Source of the DNA: Raja brachyura
Taxonomy: Eukaryota
Direction of reading: 5' to 3'
DNA length: 64,000 nt
Assembly: GCA_963514005.1 (NCBI GenBank)
Contig: OY740793.1
Coordinates: 57,226,001 to 57,290,000 of the forward strand
Under the pieces are notes generated by a model. That model did no database searches. It worked only from the letters and a program-made list of their open reading frames with translations, and had not been told where the DNA came from. A program made the translations under genes and the position numbers. How positions within the stretch are numbered: the first letter of the stretch is position 1; the number at the start of each line of letters is the position of its first letter. Below are positions 13,810 to 26,800 of this stretch, in pieces.

Positions 13810-14234
13810 TAACTCTCTCCACCGCTAACCCACTAATGAAAATTGACATTGAAAATCCTCCATTGATACGTGGTCCCCCATCTTTCCCTTTCTGAAATCA
13901 ATGATTAGTTATTTGGACAGACACAAAAAGCTGGAGTAACCCCCTATTAGTTCCTTGGTTTTGCTGAAGTTGAATGAGAGGTTGTTCTTGCAGCATCATT
14001 CAATCAGGTGTTCCATCCCTCTCCAACACTCCATAATTAGACATAAATTCCTAGCTTCATAAAAATAATTCTTCACTGTTAAAAATATTTTTTAATAATT
14101 GTACTTTCCCCACATATCCATGGAATATCTCTCACTTTTTAAGCCAGACACTATTTTATCTTCCTACCATTCATTTCTACTCTTTGCTCTTCGTTCTATC
14201 CAAATAGTGAGGCAAATCTGGGGAGCATATGATG

Positions 14235-14660
14235 GAATAAAAGACAAACTGCTGGAATAACTCAGAAGGTTATGCAGCATCCATGGAGGCAAAAGAATGA
14301 CTGATATGTTTGGGTGAATACCTTGCGTGTGTGTAGTGTGTAGAGAAAATACAGCAAGTGTATAGAAACAAGAGGGAAGAATGAGACAGAGGCTGGAAGA
14401 TGACAAGTGGAACTAAAAGAAGGGGAAAGGGGGGGTGATGTGCAGACAGAGCCAGATGGGGAGAGAGCGGGGGGAATGCTCAGAAAGAGGTATCCCTTCC
14501 TATTTAGTTCTGTATATTGACTATCTTCCCTCACCAGTCCTAGTCCTGAAGGAAGGTCTCAACCTGAAATGTAAACCACACCTCTACCTTCTCAGATGTT
14601 AATTGACCCACTGAGTTCTTCCATCACTTTATCTTTTGTTCCACATTTCAGCATCAACAA
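14235..14660. mobile_element. Degraded inverted pair of Penelope-derived terminal repeats
   Basis: ctgctggaataactcagaagg...cagcatccatggag on the left, and ctgaaggaaggtctcaacctgaaatgt...gacccactgagttcttcca on the right. Confidence 0.55.
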
Positions 14661-14819
14661 AATAGTTTTGATATCCAATATGGAGATGGATGCACGTAAA
14701 GAAAGTGAGAGATACAAAAAAGAAACTCCATTCTTTGAACCACTGTAGTCTGGCATATGAAACATCTGTTGGTCCAACGCATACAGGGATTCCATTTTAT
14801 GGTGGGAAAATGCAGTGTT

Positions 14820-15702
14820 CACAGGTAGATGGGGTGGTCAAGAAGGTTTTCAGCACTTTGGGCTTCATCAGTCAGAGTATTGAGTTGGGACATCATGTTA
14901 CAGTTGCATAAGACATTGGGGAGGCCTCATTTAGAGTATTGTGTTCAGTTTTGGTCACCAATTATAGGAAAGATGTTGTCAAGAGGGAAAGGGTGCAGTA
15001 ATTATTCATGACGATGTTGCCAGGACTTGAGGGCCTGAGCTATAGGGAGAAGTTGAGCAGGCTGGGAGCTTTGCCTTGGAGCAGGGGAAGATGAGGGATG
15101 ATCTTATAGAGGTATACAAGATCGTAAGAGGAATAGATCAGGTAAATAAACAGTCTTTTGCCCAGAGTAGGGGAATTGAGACCAAGAGGACAGGGGTTTA
15201 AGGTAAGCGGAGAAAAATTTAATAGGATTCTGAGGGGTTACGTTTTTTCACACAAAGGGTGGTGGGTATATAGAGTTAGTTGAGGCAGGTACTATTGTTA
15301 TGTTATGATACGATATGATAGAACTTTATTTATCCCAGGAGGTAAACGGATCTGCCAACTGTCATAAAACACAACAAGATACATGAAACATGAAATTAAA
15401 ATGATGAGTGGAAAGTCTAGGATTGGGGATGTGCAAAGATTGGGGAGGGGGAGAGGGGTGGAGGAGGAGGGGGATTGGGGGGGGGGGGAGGGGGAGGGTA
15501 GGGGGAGTCAGTGTACCACACGAATTGTACAGTTTGATAGCCACAGGGAACAAGAGACATTTGGACAGGTACATGGATAGGATAGGTTTAGAGGGTTATT
15601 GGTCATGCACTGGCAGGTAGGACTAGTATAAATATGACGTATGCCGGCATGGGCTAGTTGGGCCGAAGGGTCTGTTTCCATGCTGTATGTCTCTATGACT
15701 AT
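14820..15702 (+). mobile_element. CR1/HER1-type LINE 3' fragment, interrupted at 15301-15550
   Basis: RPHLEYCVQFWSP motif, RGDLIEVYKI remnant, tail ggccgaagggtctgtttccatgctgtatgtctctatgact. Confidence 0.88.
15301..15550 (-). mobile_element. Rex/Babar-like LINE 3' end with (TATCG)n tail nested in CR1
   Basis: FPVAIKLYN remnant, C-rich tract, then 3' UTR matching 43815-43938 in opposite orientation. Confidence 0.7.
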
Positions 15703-16679
15703 AATTGTTTGCAGTAAACTGGAAAGATGATACTCGGGTTCTAAGACTTAGATCCATGGACTGAAGCCTAGGTCACAGGAGAACGAACAGAAGGAAACAA
15801 TCAGATGCATTTTCAACCATATGTGGACAAATTCACAGTATTCTGAGGGCTGCTCCACGCAGTTGACAGTTATTAGGTTACAATGTGTCAAGTAGATGAT
15901 CGATAAAATTTGAGCTGTTTCCATTTCAAGATTTTTATTAATATAAGCCAACTGATTTGGTTTCTCCACCTCCAATCCAATAGCTCAGTTAGATAAAGTA
16001 ATTTATGTCAGTCCTGGTACCTACAAATTGCTTGTCATTTTTCATGAAATATATTCCTGTCATTTGAAGAGTTCACTTTTATGCTTTGCCGCAGTCATAG
16101 AAAATATCTGATAAGTCACCAGGAAATCAGTGTTTACAGTGTCAGCTCCACTCAAGGTCTAACCCTGGGCAGTTTTAATTCAACAACAGCTGCCATCATC
16201 AAAATTATTTATTGCAAAGCAAACTGAAAATTGAAATTGCGAAGCAAACACTCGTCATAAAATATTTATTAATTTCACCCAGTCTATGGCCTGCCTGCAC
16301 TAATGCTTTATAAGTAAACAATAACCCCAAATTTGTGGTCAGTGCTGAGTCTTTGTACTCACAGATTGTCCATGGTGCCATTCACCCAGGGCAGCTTGCT
16401 GGGAGAAATCAGCTCCATCTGTTGTGATCAAGTCCTGTTTGGCAAAAGGCCTTCTGTGAAGTAATAACCTTATTCTTTGAGTAATCATTCTGTGATGGGG
16501 TAGGATAGAGTTGGGAGGATGGGTGGAGAGCAGGCCAAGCCCCACCAAAAGCATAGCTGAAAAGGCCTGACATAGCCATGCTCCACTGCAGCTGTTGTCA
16601 AAGTTCCCAAACCTGGGAAGCAGCTAAAAGAGTGAAGTGTGCTAAATGTTCCTGGTGTCATGTGGTCCTAGAAAGATAT

Positions 16680-17878
16680 AGCATGAAGATAGACCTATCA
16701 GGTCCTGAGTCTACACCCACCACCTACCACCTACCTGTAATCCGAAATTAATCCCCCTTTTTTATATTTCCTAAATCTCAACTTCTTTCCCCATTATCTC
16801 CTTAGATTCTACCACATACTTGCACACCAGGGTAATATACAGTAGCCTACCGACATACATCTTTGGGATAGCGAAGGAAATTGGAGCACCGAGAGGAAAC
16901 TCATGTGATCAAGGTGCAAGGTTCAAGGTTCAAGGTTAGTTTATTTGTCACATACACCAATTGGTGTAGTGAAATGTTACTTGCCATGCAGCACATAAAA
17001 TAAAGAATACAGACATAACACTAATAAAGAGATTTAAACATAAAAAACATCCCCCCACAATGGTTCCCATTATGAGGGAAGGCACAATGTCCAGTCCCCA
17101 ACCCATGTCCACCCACAGTCGGGCCTATTGAGGCCTCCATAGTTGCCTTCACGGAGGCCCGATGTTCCAGGCCATTCTCGCCGGGTGATGATGCCCCGGC
17201 GTCGGGAGAATCCTCTCACCGGCTTGGGACACCCGGAACGGCCGCTTCCTACTGGAGTCCGCGGCTTCCGAAGCCGACAAGGCCGCGCTGAATGGAGCTC
17301 CCCCACTGGCTCCCAACGTTGAAGTTCAGCGCCGCCGCCCGCAGCCGGCCGCTCCACAGACCCGCAGCTCCGCGATGTTTATCTCGGCGGTCTTCAGCTC
17401 ACCGGAGCTCCAGCGCGGCGACCCAGGCAAGGCATCGCCCGCTCCGCCCCGCGATGGCGCTCCAGCCTCCGCCGCTGCCGAAGCCGAGGTACTGGGCAGT
17501 CCCCTCAGGAAACGGCATTCCAGGCACGCTGGTAGGCCGCAAGGACGGGTCGAAAGTGCAGCCCGGAGAAAAGCTGCCTCTCCGACCAGGTAGGGACCAG
17601 GAAAAGCAGTTTCCCCCTCCCCCCCCCCACCCCCCACATAAAAAAGAATAGGCTCCAAAACAAAACACTTTAACACACTAAAATAAAGAAAAGGGTGAAA
17701 AACATACAGCTGCAGGCTGGGCAGCCATACCATACAGGACGGCGCCCCCTAGCCAATCATACACTAACCAATCATAAGGAGAACTTGTAAACTCCACATG
17801 AACACCACAAAGGGTGAGATTGAACCCAGGTCCCTGGTGCTGTGAGGCTCTGACTGTACCACCTGTGCCACTGTGCCT
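16680..17878 (-). mobile_element. Old V-SINE split in two (16680-16910 and 17775-17878) by a GC-rich element
   Basis: ggaaattggagcaccgagaggaaactcatgtgatc...aggagaacttgtaaactccaca...gattgaacccaggtccctgg rejoin into the V-SINE consensus. Confidence 0.65.
16911..17749 (-). mobile_element. GC-rich non-autonomous retroelement (copy B, apparently full length)
   Basis: On -: starts gggggcgccgtcctgtatggtatggctgcc and ends gtatgtgacaaataaact(aaccttg)n. Homologous to 9400-10164. Confidence 0.8.
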
Positions 17879-18658
17879 CAAATTTATAGAAAAATAATAT
17901 TTAAAATATTTTGCAAGGAATTCAAGCAAAATTTAAAAAAAACATCTAATATATCAGTACTTGCTTTAGATCCCTGCAACTATTCTCCATTGAAATTACG
18001 CTGCTCTTGTGCTGATCCAACCTGATGCAGGTTGTAGGACTAGATCATCTGTGGTAAATGGTAGGAAATCAATTTCATTTTGCATTCCCTCACTGGAAAC
18101 TAACACCAGAATGCAACGTTCCACAACGTCAGAACTTTTTAATGCAGATGGAAATTTCGAAGTAACACAGTGCAATGTCCACACTTATTGGGTTAACTTT
18201 CAGTGTTTTCCAGCAATTGGAATAAGTCGCTGTGAATAAGGTTACCGTCACAAAATTATACCAAGTTTTCATAACGATGTATTATTTTTCCAAAATTATT
18301 ATTTTTTAAATGCAATATGTGTTCCGGCAGAAAGAACATTCTGTATAAATCTGCACATTTTTTTAGTAATACTTTGGACATGACTGATTTTTTTGACTAG
18401 CCTCTCAATAAAACTTCGATTTTAAAAAAGGTTGTAAGAATCATAGGGTAAGCTCATCATATGTTTGGTAATACTCTAATTAATCTTGCTTTGAGATATA
18501 ATGGTTATTTCAATCAAGTAACACTCTTAAAACAAGTGTGAATTTTATGGAAGACCACAAAAATGGGCTAACAAGGGCTATCCCAAACTACCCCAAACTC
18601 ATAGCTTGTGGATCTAATCTTTAACATTGATGAAATTGTCCAACAAGGAGTAGAAATG

Positions 18659-18849
18659 AGGGGTTACACAAAAAGCTGGAGAAACTCAGCGGGTGCAGCA
18701 GCATCTAAGGACCGAAGGAGATAGGCGACTTTTCGGGTCGAGACCCTTCTTCGCCTATCTCCTTCGCTCCTTAGATGCTGCTGCACCCGCTGAGTTTCTC
18801 CAGCTTTTTGTGTAACCCTCGATTCTCCAGCATCTGCAGTTCCTTCTTT
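18659..18849. mobile_element. Palindromic Penelope-derived insertion with 17-bp TSD
   Basis: Arms gggttacacaaaaagctggagaaactcagcgggtgcagcagcatctaagga and its reverse complement. Perfect TSD aacaaggagtagaaatg at 18642-18658 and 18850-18866. Confidence 0.85.
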
Positions 18850-19387
18850 AACAAGGAGTAGAAATGGTTGGGAAACTTGAATTGGTGAAACAAGTAAACA
18901 AACAGTGCCATGCACATCTTATTGCAATAATTGAAGTGATTATTTGCTATCGGATAATGAGAAAGTTCTGCAACTAGTTGGACCTGTCATTTCACACCGT
19001 TCAAAGGAATCAAACTTGAAAGTGTGGCCTCAGGGCATTTCACCTCCCAACTCACACCTCAAGTCTTCACCACATCAAAGTCTCACATCCATAGTTATGC
19101 CTGGCTCAAAATGCCACTTATCTAAGAAGCCGATCAAATAGCCATCTGACTAAATATTGATAGATCAACGTTTCAAACATTCATAAAACAGAAAAGTAAC
19201 AAGCAGAAATTGAAGGTATTTGATTAGTTTGTGGTATCTACTAAGCCAGTATACACTACAAAATACTCAACTCATTTATTTATATTGATCCTATCCAAAA
19301 CACGGTGTATGGATTGAACTTCTTATAAATTACAAATCTCTGGTCAAGGCTATAGTACAACTGGAGGTGGAGAACAAGGTGGTAGTG

Positions 19388-19597
19388 GACAATAGGTGTA
19401 GGAGCAGGCCATTTGGCCCTTCGAGCCAATACCGCCATTCAATGTCATCATGGCTGATCATCCCCAATCAGTAACCCGTTCCTCCTTCTCCCCATATCCC
19501 CTGACTCCGCTATTCTTAAGAGCCCTATCTAGCTCTCTCTTGAAAGCATCCAGAGAACCTGCCTCCACCGCCCTCTGAGGCAGAGAATTCCACAGAC
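19388..19597 (-). mobile_element. CR1-type LINE 3' tail
   Basis: LWNSLPQRAVEAGSLDAFKRELDRALKNSGVRGYGEK; closely similar to 11520-11720. Confidence 0.88.
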
Positions 19598-19987
19598 AGT
19601 GGACCATATTGGTGAAACTGTAAGTAATTCTTGGAGATTTGCAGGAGAACAAATAAGTATTCCATCCATTATTAATAACTTTTCCGCCTCCCTTCCAACT
19701 CAATTCCATCCTGTACAGAAAATCTTCCCAGCACACTGAAAAGCAAATCTTTGCACTGTCCTGGGGCAAAAGTAATGTAAATTGCATCATGGGAGTTAAT
19801 ACAACTCCTGTGGTTATAACTTCCTTGTTGAACATTGTTCTCCAGTATTTTCTGATCCATTGGGTGCCAAGGGTTATGAGGAGAAAGACTCAATGGGCCG
19901 ACTGGACTCAATGCTCCTATGTCTTATGAACATACGCTTTTTCAATGCTGAAAAGATTTGTATTTATTTTCCATCTCTGGCTACCAT

Positions 19988-20115
19988 CTGAAGAAGGGTC
20001 GTGGCCCGAAATGTCACCTATTCCTTCGCTCCATAGATGCTGCCTCACCCGTTGAGTTTCCCCAGCATTTTTATCTACCTTCGCTTGTTCCAGCATCTGC
20101 AGTTCCTTCTGGAAC
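19988..20115 (+). mobile_element. Penelope-derived terminal repeat with hammerhead-like core
   Basis: ctgaaga-agggtcgtggccc-gaaatgtc followed by the family tail ...ccagcatctgcagttcct. Confidence 0.75.
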
Positions 20116-20424
20116 ATCTCAATAAGATGAGTGGCTTGAATCTCTGCAGTGTCTTTGTTGAACGTACTCCCATAATGCTGTTGTACGGGAAGTTCCAGCA
20201 TTTGGATCCCACGATAGTGAAGGAGCAGCCATGCATTTCCATGGCAAGCTATTGTGCAAATTGGAGGGGAACCTGCAAATGGTTTTTCCCATGCTCCTGC
20301 TGCTTTTGCCCCTCTTAGGAGTAGAGATCATGGGACTCGGTAGTGGTATCGGAGTGGCTTATACACTGATAGAAATGCATATTGTGGATGGTCCACCAGT
20401 GTACTGAATGCATGCTGAAGTCAC

Positions 20425-20753
20425 TTTAGACTTTTGGACTAGAGACAAAGCATGCAAACAGGCCCTTCGACCCACCGAGTCTGTGCCAACCAGCAATCAC
20501 CCCATCCATTAACACTATCCTACACATCTGGGGCAATTTACAATTTTACTAAAGCCAATTAACCTACAAACCTGTACGTCTTGTGGGTGGAATCTGGAGC
20601 ACCCAGAATGTGGGCGGAATCTGGAACACCCAGAGAAAACCCACGCATCACATGGAGAATATACAAATTCCGTACAGATAGCACCCATAATGACTATCAA
20701 ACCCAGGTCTCTGGCACTGTAAAACAGCAGCTTCACTGCTATGCCACTGTGCC
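20425..20753 (-). mobile_element. HE1-like V-SINE
   Basis: tRNA-like head ggcacagtggcatagcagtgaagctgctg...ctgggtttgatagt, V-domain with a short internal duplication, CR1-like tail. Confidence 0.8.
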
Positions 20754-21061
20754 GTTCTAAGTCGTGGAGAAGGTGCAATTTGAGAAGGAGGATGGTTTGT
20801 TTTGTATTTGAAAGGATTGAGCTTTTTGAGATTTGGAGTTGCACTCACACAGGCAAGTAAAGAATATTTTGTTATGGTCCTATCTCTTGCAATAATCAAA
20901 TGGTAGTTTTACATCAGTAGAGCATACTATTGTTTCTGCCACGACCAAGTGATTTTAAACTGCTTTGATGTAAGTGTTTTGTGGAGGAAGGGGGGAAAAA
21001 TACATTCAAAGAGTTTTACAAATAATGTCTGTAAATATCTTTAAATAATATTTAAATAATA

Positions 21062-21834
21062 ATCAGAGAATCAGAATCAGAATTAGAATCACACTTTATT
21101 CGCCAAGTACATATTGCAACATACGAGGAATTTCATTGGCCAGGTCAGTCATACAATTAAAAGCAACAGATCACTCAAAAATAACCATTTTAACATGAAC
21201 ATCCACCACAGTGACTCCTACACATTCCTCACTGTGATGGAAGGCAAAATAAAGTTCAACTCTCTTCCTTTCGTTCTTCCTCGGTCGTGGGCCTTGATCC
21301 CCCGTTGACGGGATGATCTTGACTCTCGTAGCCGGCGGTGTACGTGCCCTCCGTGTCAAGGCAATCAGCTCCCGCGTCGGGGGGGATGTCAGCTCCCCCA
21401 TGCTGGAAGATCGAACCTTGCGTCGGGGCTGGTCGAACCTTCAGCGACGTTGGAGCTCCCAACTAGGCTCACCCGAGACTGCAGGCACTTCGTGGTGATT
21501 TTGTGGTGGTCGCGGTGGGAGTGATCTCAGGCAAGGGATCAGCTCTGATGTTACATCTGTGCCCCGCAGTGGGGCTCACGACAGTCCGAGGAGGCCTCCA
21601 GCTCCAGCGATGGTAGGCCGCAGAGCCCGGAGAATGTGATCCTAAAATTGATCACATCTCTGGGAAGGTAGGAACTTGAAAAAAAAATTCCCCCTCCCCC
21701 CTCCCCCCTCCCCCCTCCCCCCACATAAAACAAACCGAATAACAATAAAATAAACTTTTAATGCACTAAAATATGACAAAAAGAAAGAAAATACGAACAG
21801 ACTGCCGGAAGGGCAGCCATCTCCCTGGCGCCCC
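21062..21834 (-). mobile_element. GC-rich non-autonomous retroelement, related subfamily (copy C)
   Basis: On -: starts ggggcgccagggagatggctgcc, shares the ttttatgtggggg G-tract block with copies A/B, ends gcgaataaagtgt(gattct)n. Confidence 0.7.
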
Positions 21835-22197
21835 TGATGGCCTTGTAGTATCACCAAAATGTGCATTTTTTAATATCATGGAAACAGATGTGACATCTTT
21901 CCTTATACCAGTCATATTTTATAATTTAAACATGGATGTATTATTAATCAGTAACTAGCTAGGAAGGTCCGATGTTTGGCAAAACATGTCTCTGCCTTAG
22001 TGTCACCAAGGACTGGGGTCACCTGCACTAACAGAGAAGTCTCAAAACTACTGACCATGCTTCACTGGCAATTTCCTGACTGTACTCGTGGATTTCAGGA
22101 GTGAAACACAAAATGGTAAGTCCCCAGTCATCACATAGTGCATATGCCCAGCTGAACATTTTAATAGAGGAGAACCAAGGTGAATAGTCAATGAAAT

Positions 22198-22308
22198 ATG
22201 CAGGAAGAAACTGCAGATGCTGGTTTAAACTGAAGATAGACACAAAATGCTGGAGTAACTCAGCAGGACAGGCAGCATCTATGGAGAGAAAGAATGTGTG
22301 ACGTTTTT
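22198..22308 (-). mobile_element. Penelope-derived terminal repeat fragment
   Basis: ctgcagatgctggtttaaactgaagatagacacaaaatgctggagtaactcagcaggacaggcagcatct. Confidence 0.75.
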
Positions 22309-22334
22309 GGAATTTGGAATTTTATGTATGGTAT

Positions 22335-22810
22335 TGGTCTCCTTATTTAAGAAAGGATTTTATTGGCTTGGAAGTAGTTTGGAAAAGAGTTACCAAACCA
22401 ATGCCTGGAATGAGCAAGTTGTCTTAGGGGAATTATTGCAGAAATTAGGCTTGTATTAGTTAGAGTTAAGGAGACTGCGAGGAGGTACTGAAACATATGA
22501 TTCAGAGGGTTGTTATCTTGATGATGCAATCAATAGGTTTCCTTGTGGGAGAATCTAGAAGCAGTAGTCACTATTTAAGATAAGGTGGTAACTCAATTGA
22601 AACAAAGCTAAGATGATTACTTAATTCTTAGAGGGCCAAGAGCTTTTAGAACTTTTTGCCTGGAAGGAAAATGAAAGTAAAGTATTTGAATATTTTAAAG
22701 AGGTAGATAGATGCTTGAAAAACAAGGATAATAGGTTAGCATGGCTAGGCAGGAATTTGGGGTTGAGGTTACAAACCAAATGTTGGCAAAGGCTTTAGGA
22801 GCTGTGTGGT
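22335..22810 (+). mobile_element. Old degraded CR1 3' fragment
   Basis: tggtctccttatttaagaaaggat...ttggaagtagtt..., gagaatctagaa...gtcactatttaagataagg remnants. Confidence 0.6.
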
Positions 22811-22854
22811 CTACTCGGAATGTATGCGTGCATAAGCCAAGGAGCTTGGTTTAC

Positions 22855-23205
22855 TGGAGACACAGGGAATTGCAGATGCTGGTTTACAATAAGGAGATAA
22901 AGTGCTGGAATAAACCAGTGGGTCAGGCAATATCTCTGGAGAACATGGATATGTTGTGTTTTGTGTTGGGACTATTTTTATAGGCAGATGGTTGGACAAA
23001 AACCAGGGATGAAGGGACAAAATTGTGAGATAAGGATAAAAGAGCAAAGCCAGAGGAAGGATTATGGATGAAAGGGGACATGGTAAGGGCAAGGGAGAAG
23101 TGGGTGTGATTCCAGGTGGGACACAGGGAAAGGATGAGGGGTGGGTGGAGGGGAAAAGGTTATTAGTAGGTTAGTTATCTGAAATTGGATAATCCAATGT
23201 TCAGC
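22855..23205 (-). mobile_element. Penelope-like element 3' end remnant
   Basis: On -: ORF end LNIGLSNFR*, pyrimidine-rich 3' UTR, then the terminal repeat. Confidence 0.65.
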
Positions 23206-23599
23206 TTGGTTTACCGTGTCAACAAAATACTTTTAGCGATTCCTCCCTCCTCCATCAAGAATGAGATCCCATTTGTCCTACGGCTCTCTCCCCTGTACTC
23301 TCTCCCCACCCACTGAATTACATTTGAGGTTGAGGATAAGCTCTGGTTGCAAAGATGAATCTACACTGAAACACCTGATGACAATTCTAACAGTAACCAT
23401 GCTGCCTGCCCATTATGCTACACTCTTTAAGGGACAGCATAGCAATAACCCTTTGAACCTTTCAAGGCATGTCTGGTTGTATTACTCTTTAGGAGTTGGT
23501 ATTTCTGGTGTTCAAACAATGTTAACAATCATTTTGCAATTCTGCGTTCAAAATTATCATAAAAATTTGCTCATTCATGGCCGTGTTAAGGAGAAATCC

Positions 23600-23830
23600 A
23601 TTCACCCAGAGATGGTAAATCTTGAAATATTCTCCCCAGGAGAGCTGTGGAGGTTCAGTCACTGTATTCATTCAGGACTAGAGATATTTGGATATTAAAG
23701 GTATCAATGGATAAGAGGTCTGTTGAGGAAAATGAAGTTGAGATAAAAGTCAGCTGTAATCTTATTAAAAGGCAGAGGAGACGCATGGGGCCAAATAGCC
23801 TATCCCTGCTCCCATTTCACATGTTCTTAG
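23600..23830 (+). mobile_element. Old CR1 3' tail
   Basis: ttcacccagagatggtaaatcttgaaatattctccccaggagagctgtggagg...ggggccaaatagcctatccctgctcc. Confidence 0.55.
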
Positions 23831-26800
23831 TGTAGAAATGTTAACATGCCACACAATAATTTGATATAAAATATAACAGAACTATAAACAAAACTCAATT
23901 CACGCCTGCCCTTTAGGTCACACTACAATTTGACCATATTTAGCTTATGACACACATACTCCTCATCCCGTCGACAATCTTTCCAATCCATTAGAGGATT
24001 TAGAGGGATATGGCCCAAACACAGGCAAATGGGATTAAATCAGGTAAACATCATGATCAGCATGAGCAAGCTGAGTCGAAGAACCTGTTTCCGCAGTGAA
24101 TAATTCTGTAATTATATGACTCTGTTATCTATGTTGTCAATCATACCCAATTCCTGCAATCTGCTCCACCCCATTCTCTCTGCTTTCTTCAATCTCTGCT
24201 GAGATGGGAGATTTTAGATGAATGGTCTTTGCCACGCAAGGCAGGAATATGCTGATTCTACCACACACAACATTTTGGCCATGGTGTGTGTAGAATGTAG
24301 CATTTTAACGGGCATGTGATTTTTACACAACTGCTCTGCTTCATGGGAAAACATTACCAGAAGAATTCCAGGACATTATACCAACACCAGATCCAAATTC
24401 ACCTTTTGGTCGCGTATTCAAATTGCCAATCGCATATGGTTGGAGCAGGAAGGATGAAAATAACAGAGATCAAAATATTGCATGTTATCTTAAGGACTAT
24501 CTTGCTATTTAATTTCCTTGTTTTAAAATGCTGGACAAAATCAGAAAACCCGGTTGTATTCATCAACATGCTTCAAAAAGAAAATGTTTGTTTTATGTTT
24601 CACTCTAATTACTAATTCCGGTATTTTTTGTATAATTTGCACGTTTACAATCACAAAGTATCAGCTGGTCAGACACTGGGATTTTCTGCCCACTTTCTAG
24701 ACAGACCTGGAAACCTCTATGGACAGGGCTAATTCTGCATTTAAAAGAGATGTGTTATTTTCAGCTGTGAAATAGGTCATCTCTTTCCTGTTATAGTTTT
24801 GCCAGTACATGTGTTCATAGTACAGCAACTGAATGTAAGGAAGTCCTTGATACAAGGCAGCACAGCGCCACAAACTATAAGCTGCACAGTTTAAATGAAA
24901 GCACACAAAACCTTTGAAGCAGCTTTTTGTCACTCCAAAGGTATTTATTTTTCCATTTCAATGCTGGATCTCAGCCAGTTTTTTAAACATTTGCACCACA
25001 GTGTAATGGATTCCCAGTATCAACATCCCAGCCTACATTGTATGTTTGGCAGGGAGGTTGTAATTTGAACTGAATTGACATTTCCACTACCACCAGTAGC
25101 CACTGCTTACAACTCCCTCCCACCACTCATCCAGCTGCCCCCTCTCCAACTTTCCCAGACAACATCCCATCAGCACGGGGAAATAAATAGTAGTGTGAGA
25201 GGAGTCTGGGTGATTCATTGTGATAACCTGCCCCTGGAGAGCGGAGGAGATCACACACTAGATTGAGCTTCCAGAAGAAGACAAGTAGGACAGGCAGTGC
25301 ACCGGAGGTGGGAATTGGGATGACAGTAGCAGAGGTCACATCGATTTTCAACAGGATTTTCCAATGATAAGATAACCTCTTGTTCTCTCTTACCTTCTGT
25401 TCATTAGCTTCCTATTCCACAAGAAATATATTTCAAATATGTTTGCAAGGGCATCACCTGCTTTCGAATCCTTTTAATATAATTGTTTGAGAAATTTGCA
25501 GCATTTTATTTTAAACACACCAATCTCATTGGAAAAGAGTCACTGCATCTTTAAATTAATTTTAAAACATGTATTAAATTATCTGCTGTCACATTTCCAT
25601 AAATGCTTTTGGATGAAAGAGGCAGTCTGCAGTTTAGATCCCAACGGTGAGATTCTGAAGCACATCTGTGATCATTTTGGGTCATAAATCACAATTTTCA
25701 TCATTAACAAGTATTGCCACTGCCGTGGCCTCATTTTTGTAATGTGTTCTTTTGACTTTTTAATCCTAATGCACAATTTTCTCCAGCAGTTTACTGGTCT
25801 GATCACTGATGATAACAGTGGGGTTCTAAAAAATAACCAAGCTTTTTTTCAGGAACTACGTAATTAAAACAAGATGTAAAACGATCAGAGTATTTTAATG
25901 ACTTGTTTATTTCTCAGAAGCTTTTTCAGACTCTTGCCCCGGGTCAATAAAGCCTGCTAAAGTGGTTTAATTTATGTACACACATTTTGGGATTAATTTC
26001 AGAGAACATATAGATGATCTGCTATTTTTTCCACTTCAATTGCATTCATTTTTATTTAAGAATTGAGAGATGGGCAGATGAGTGAAATTCAGCTATATTT
26101 TACTTGGAAGACACACATGGCACGGCATTAAAGGAGTCACTACAAGCACAATTTCTGTGTAGCATCATTGAAAGAATGATTTGACGGCCAGTAGCTACTG
26201 TATTTGTAATGAAGATAGCATCCATTGATTTATAAGCTGTCACCGTGGACGAGTCGTTTAAAAATATGAGTGCTTCTGCTTGTATACACCACAACCCTAA
26301 CAACTCCCTGCCAGCCACAAGTATTTCAGTTGCTAATGTGACCAAGGTCAGAAATAGTCTAAGAGGGTCTAATATAAAATAGTCCATAGATCATTTTAAG
26401 ACATTTTGAATTTATGCATCTTACTAAGTACTAAGCTAAGTTTGTAATTCACAACAGAAGATTTCATCCCGTTTTCTTTATTTAAATACTAATAGACAGC
26501 TACATAGCAATCTATTCGATTTATAAGCTTAAATTAAAGTACATTAGTCCAAACATATTCAATTGTTTTATGACGGTTTTCAGTTGAAAAAAGGAAAATA
26601 TTTTTAAAAAGCAGCCAATAAATGGCAGCAAATCTGTCAAACGCATTTCCAGAGATTTACATGTTTTCATCTGGCCTCTATGCTGATCTAATGTTTTTCA
26701 GCAATACATTAATTCATAACATTCAACCCCTTTGAGGACTCGGCACGATCAGAAGAATTTAAAACAAATATAATTTCAGCTTTATGTTAGCTACTTGATT

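Larger units (their letters stand above)
11340..13900 (-). mobile_element. Old Rex/Babar-like LINE remnant acting as host for the CR1, MITE and L1 insertions
   Basis: Segments 11340-11509, 12025-12290 and 13812-13900 read as one continuous decayed LINE. An ER..FKFL motif is split by the MITE. Confidence 0.55.
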
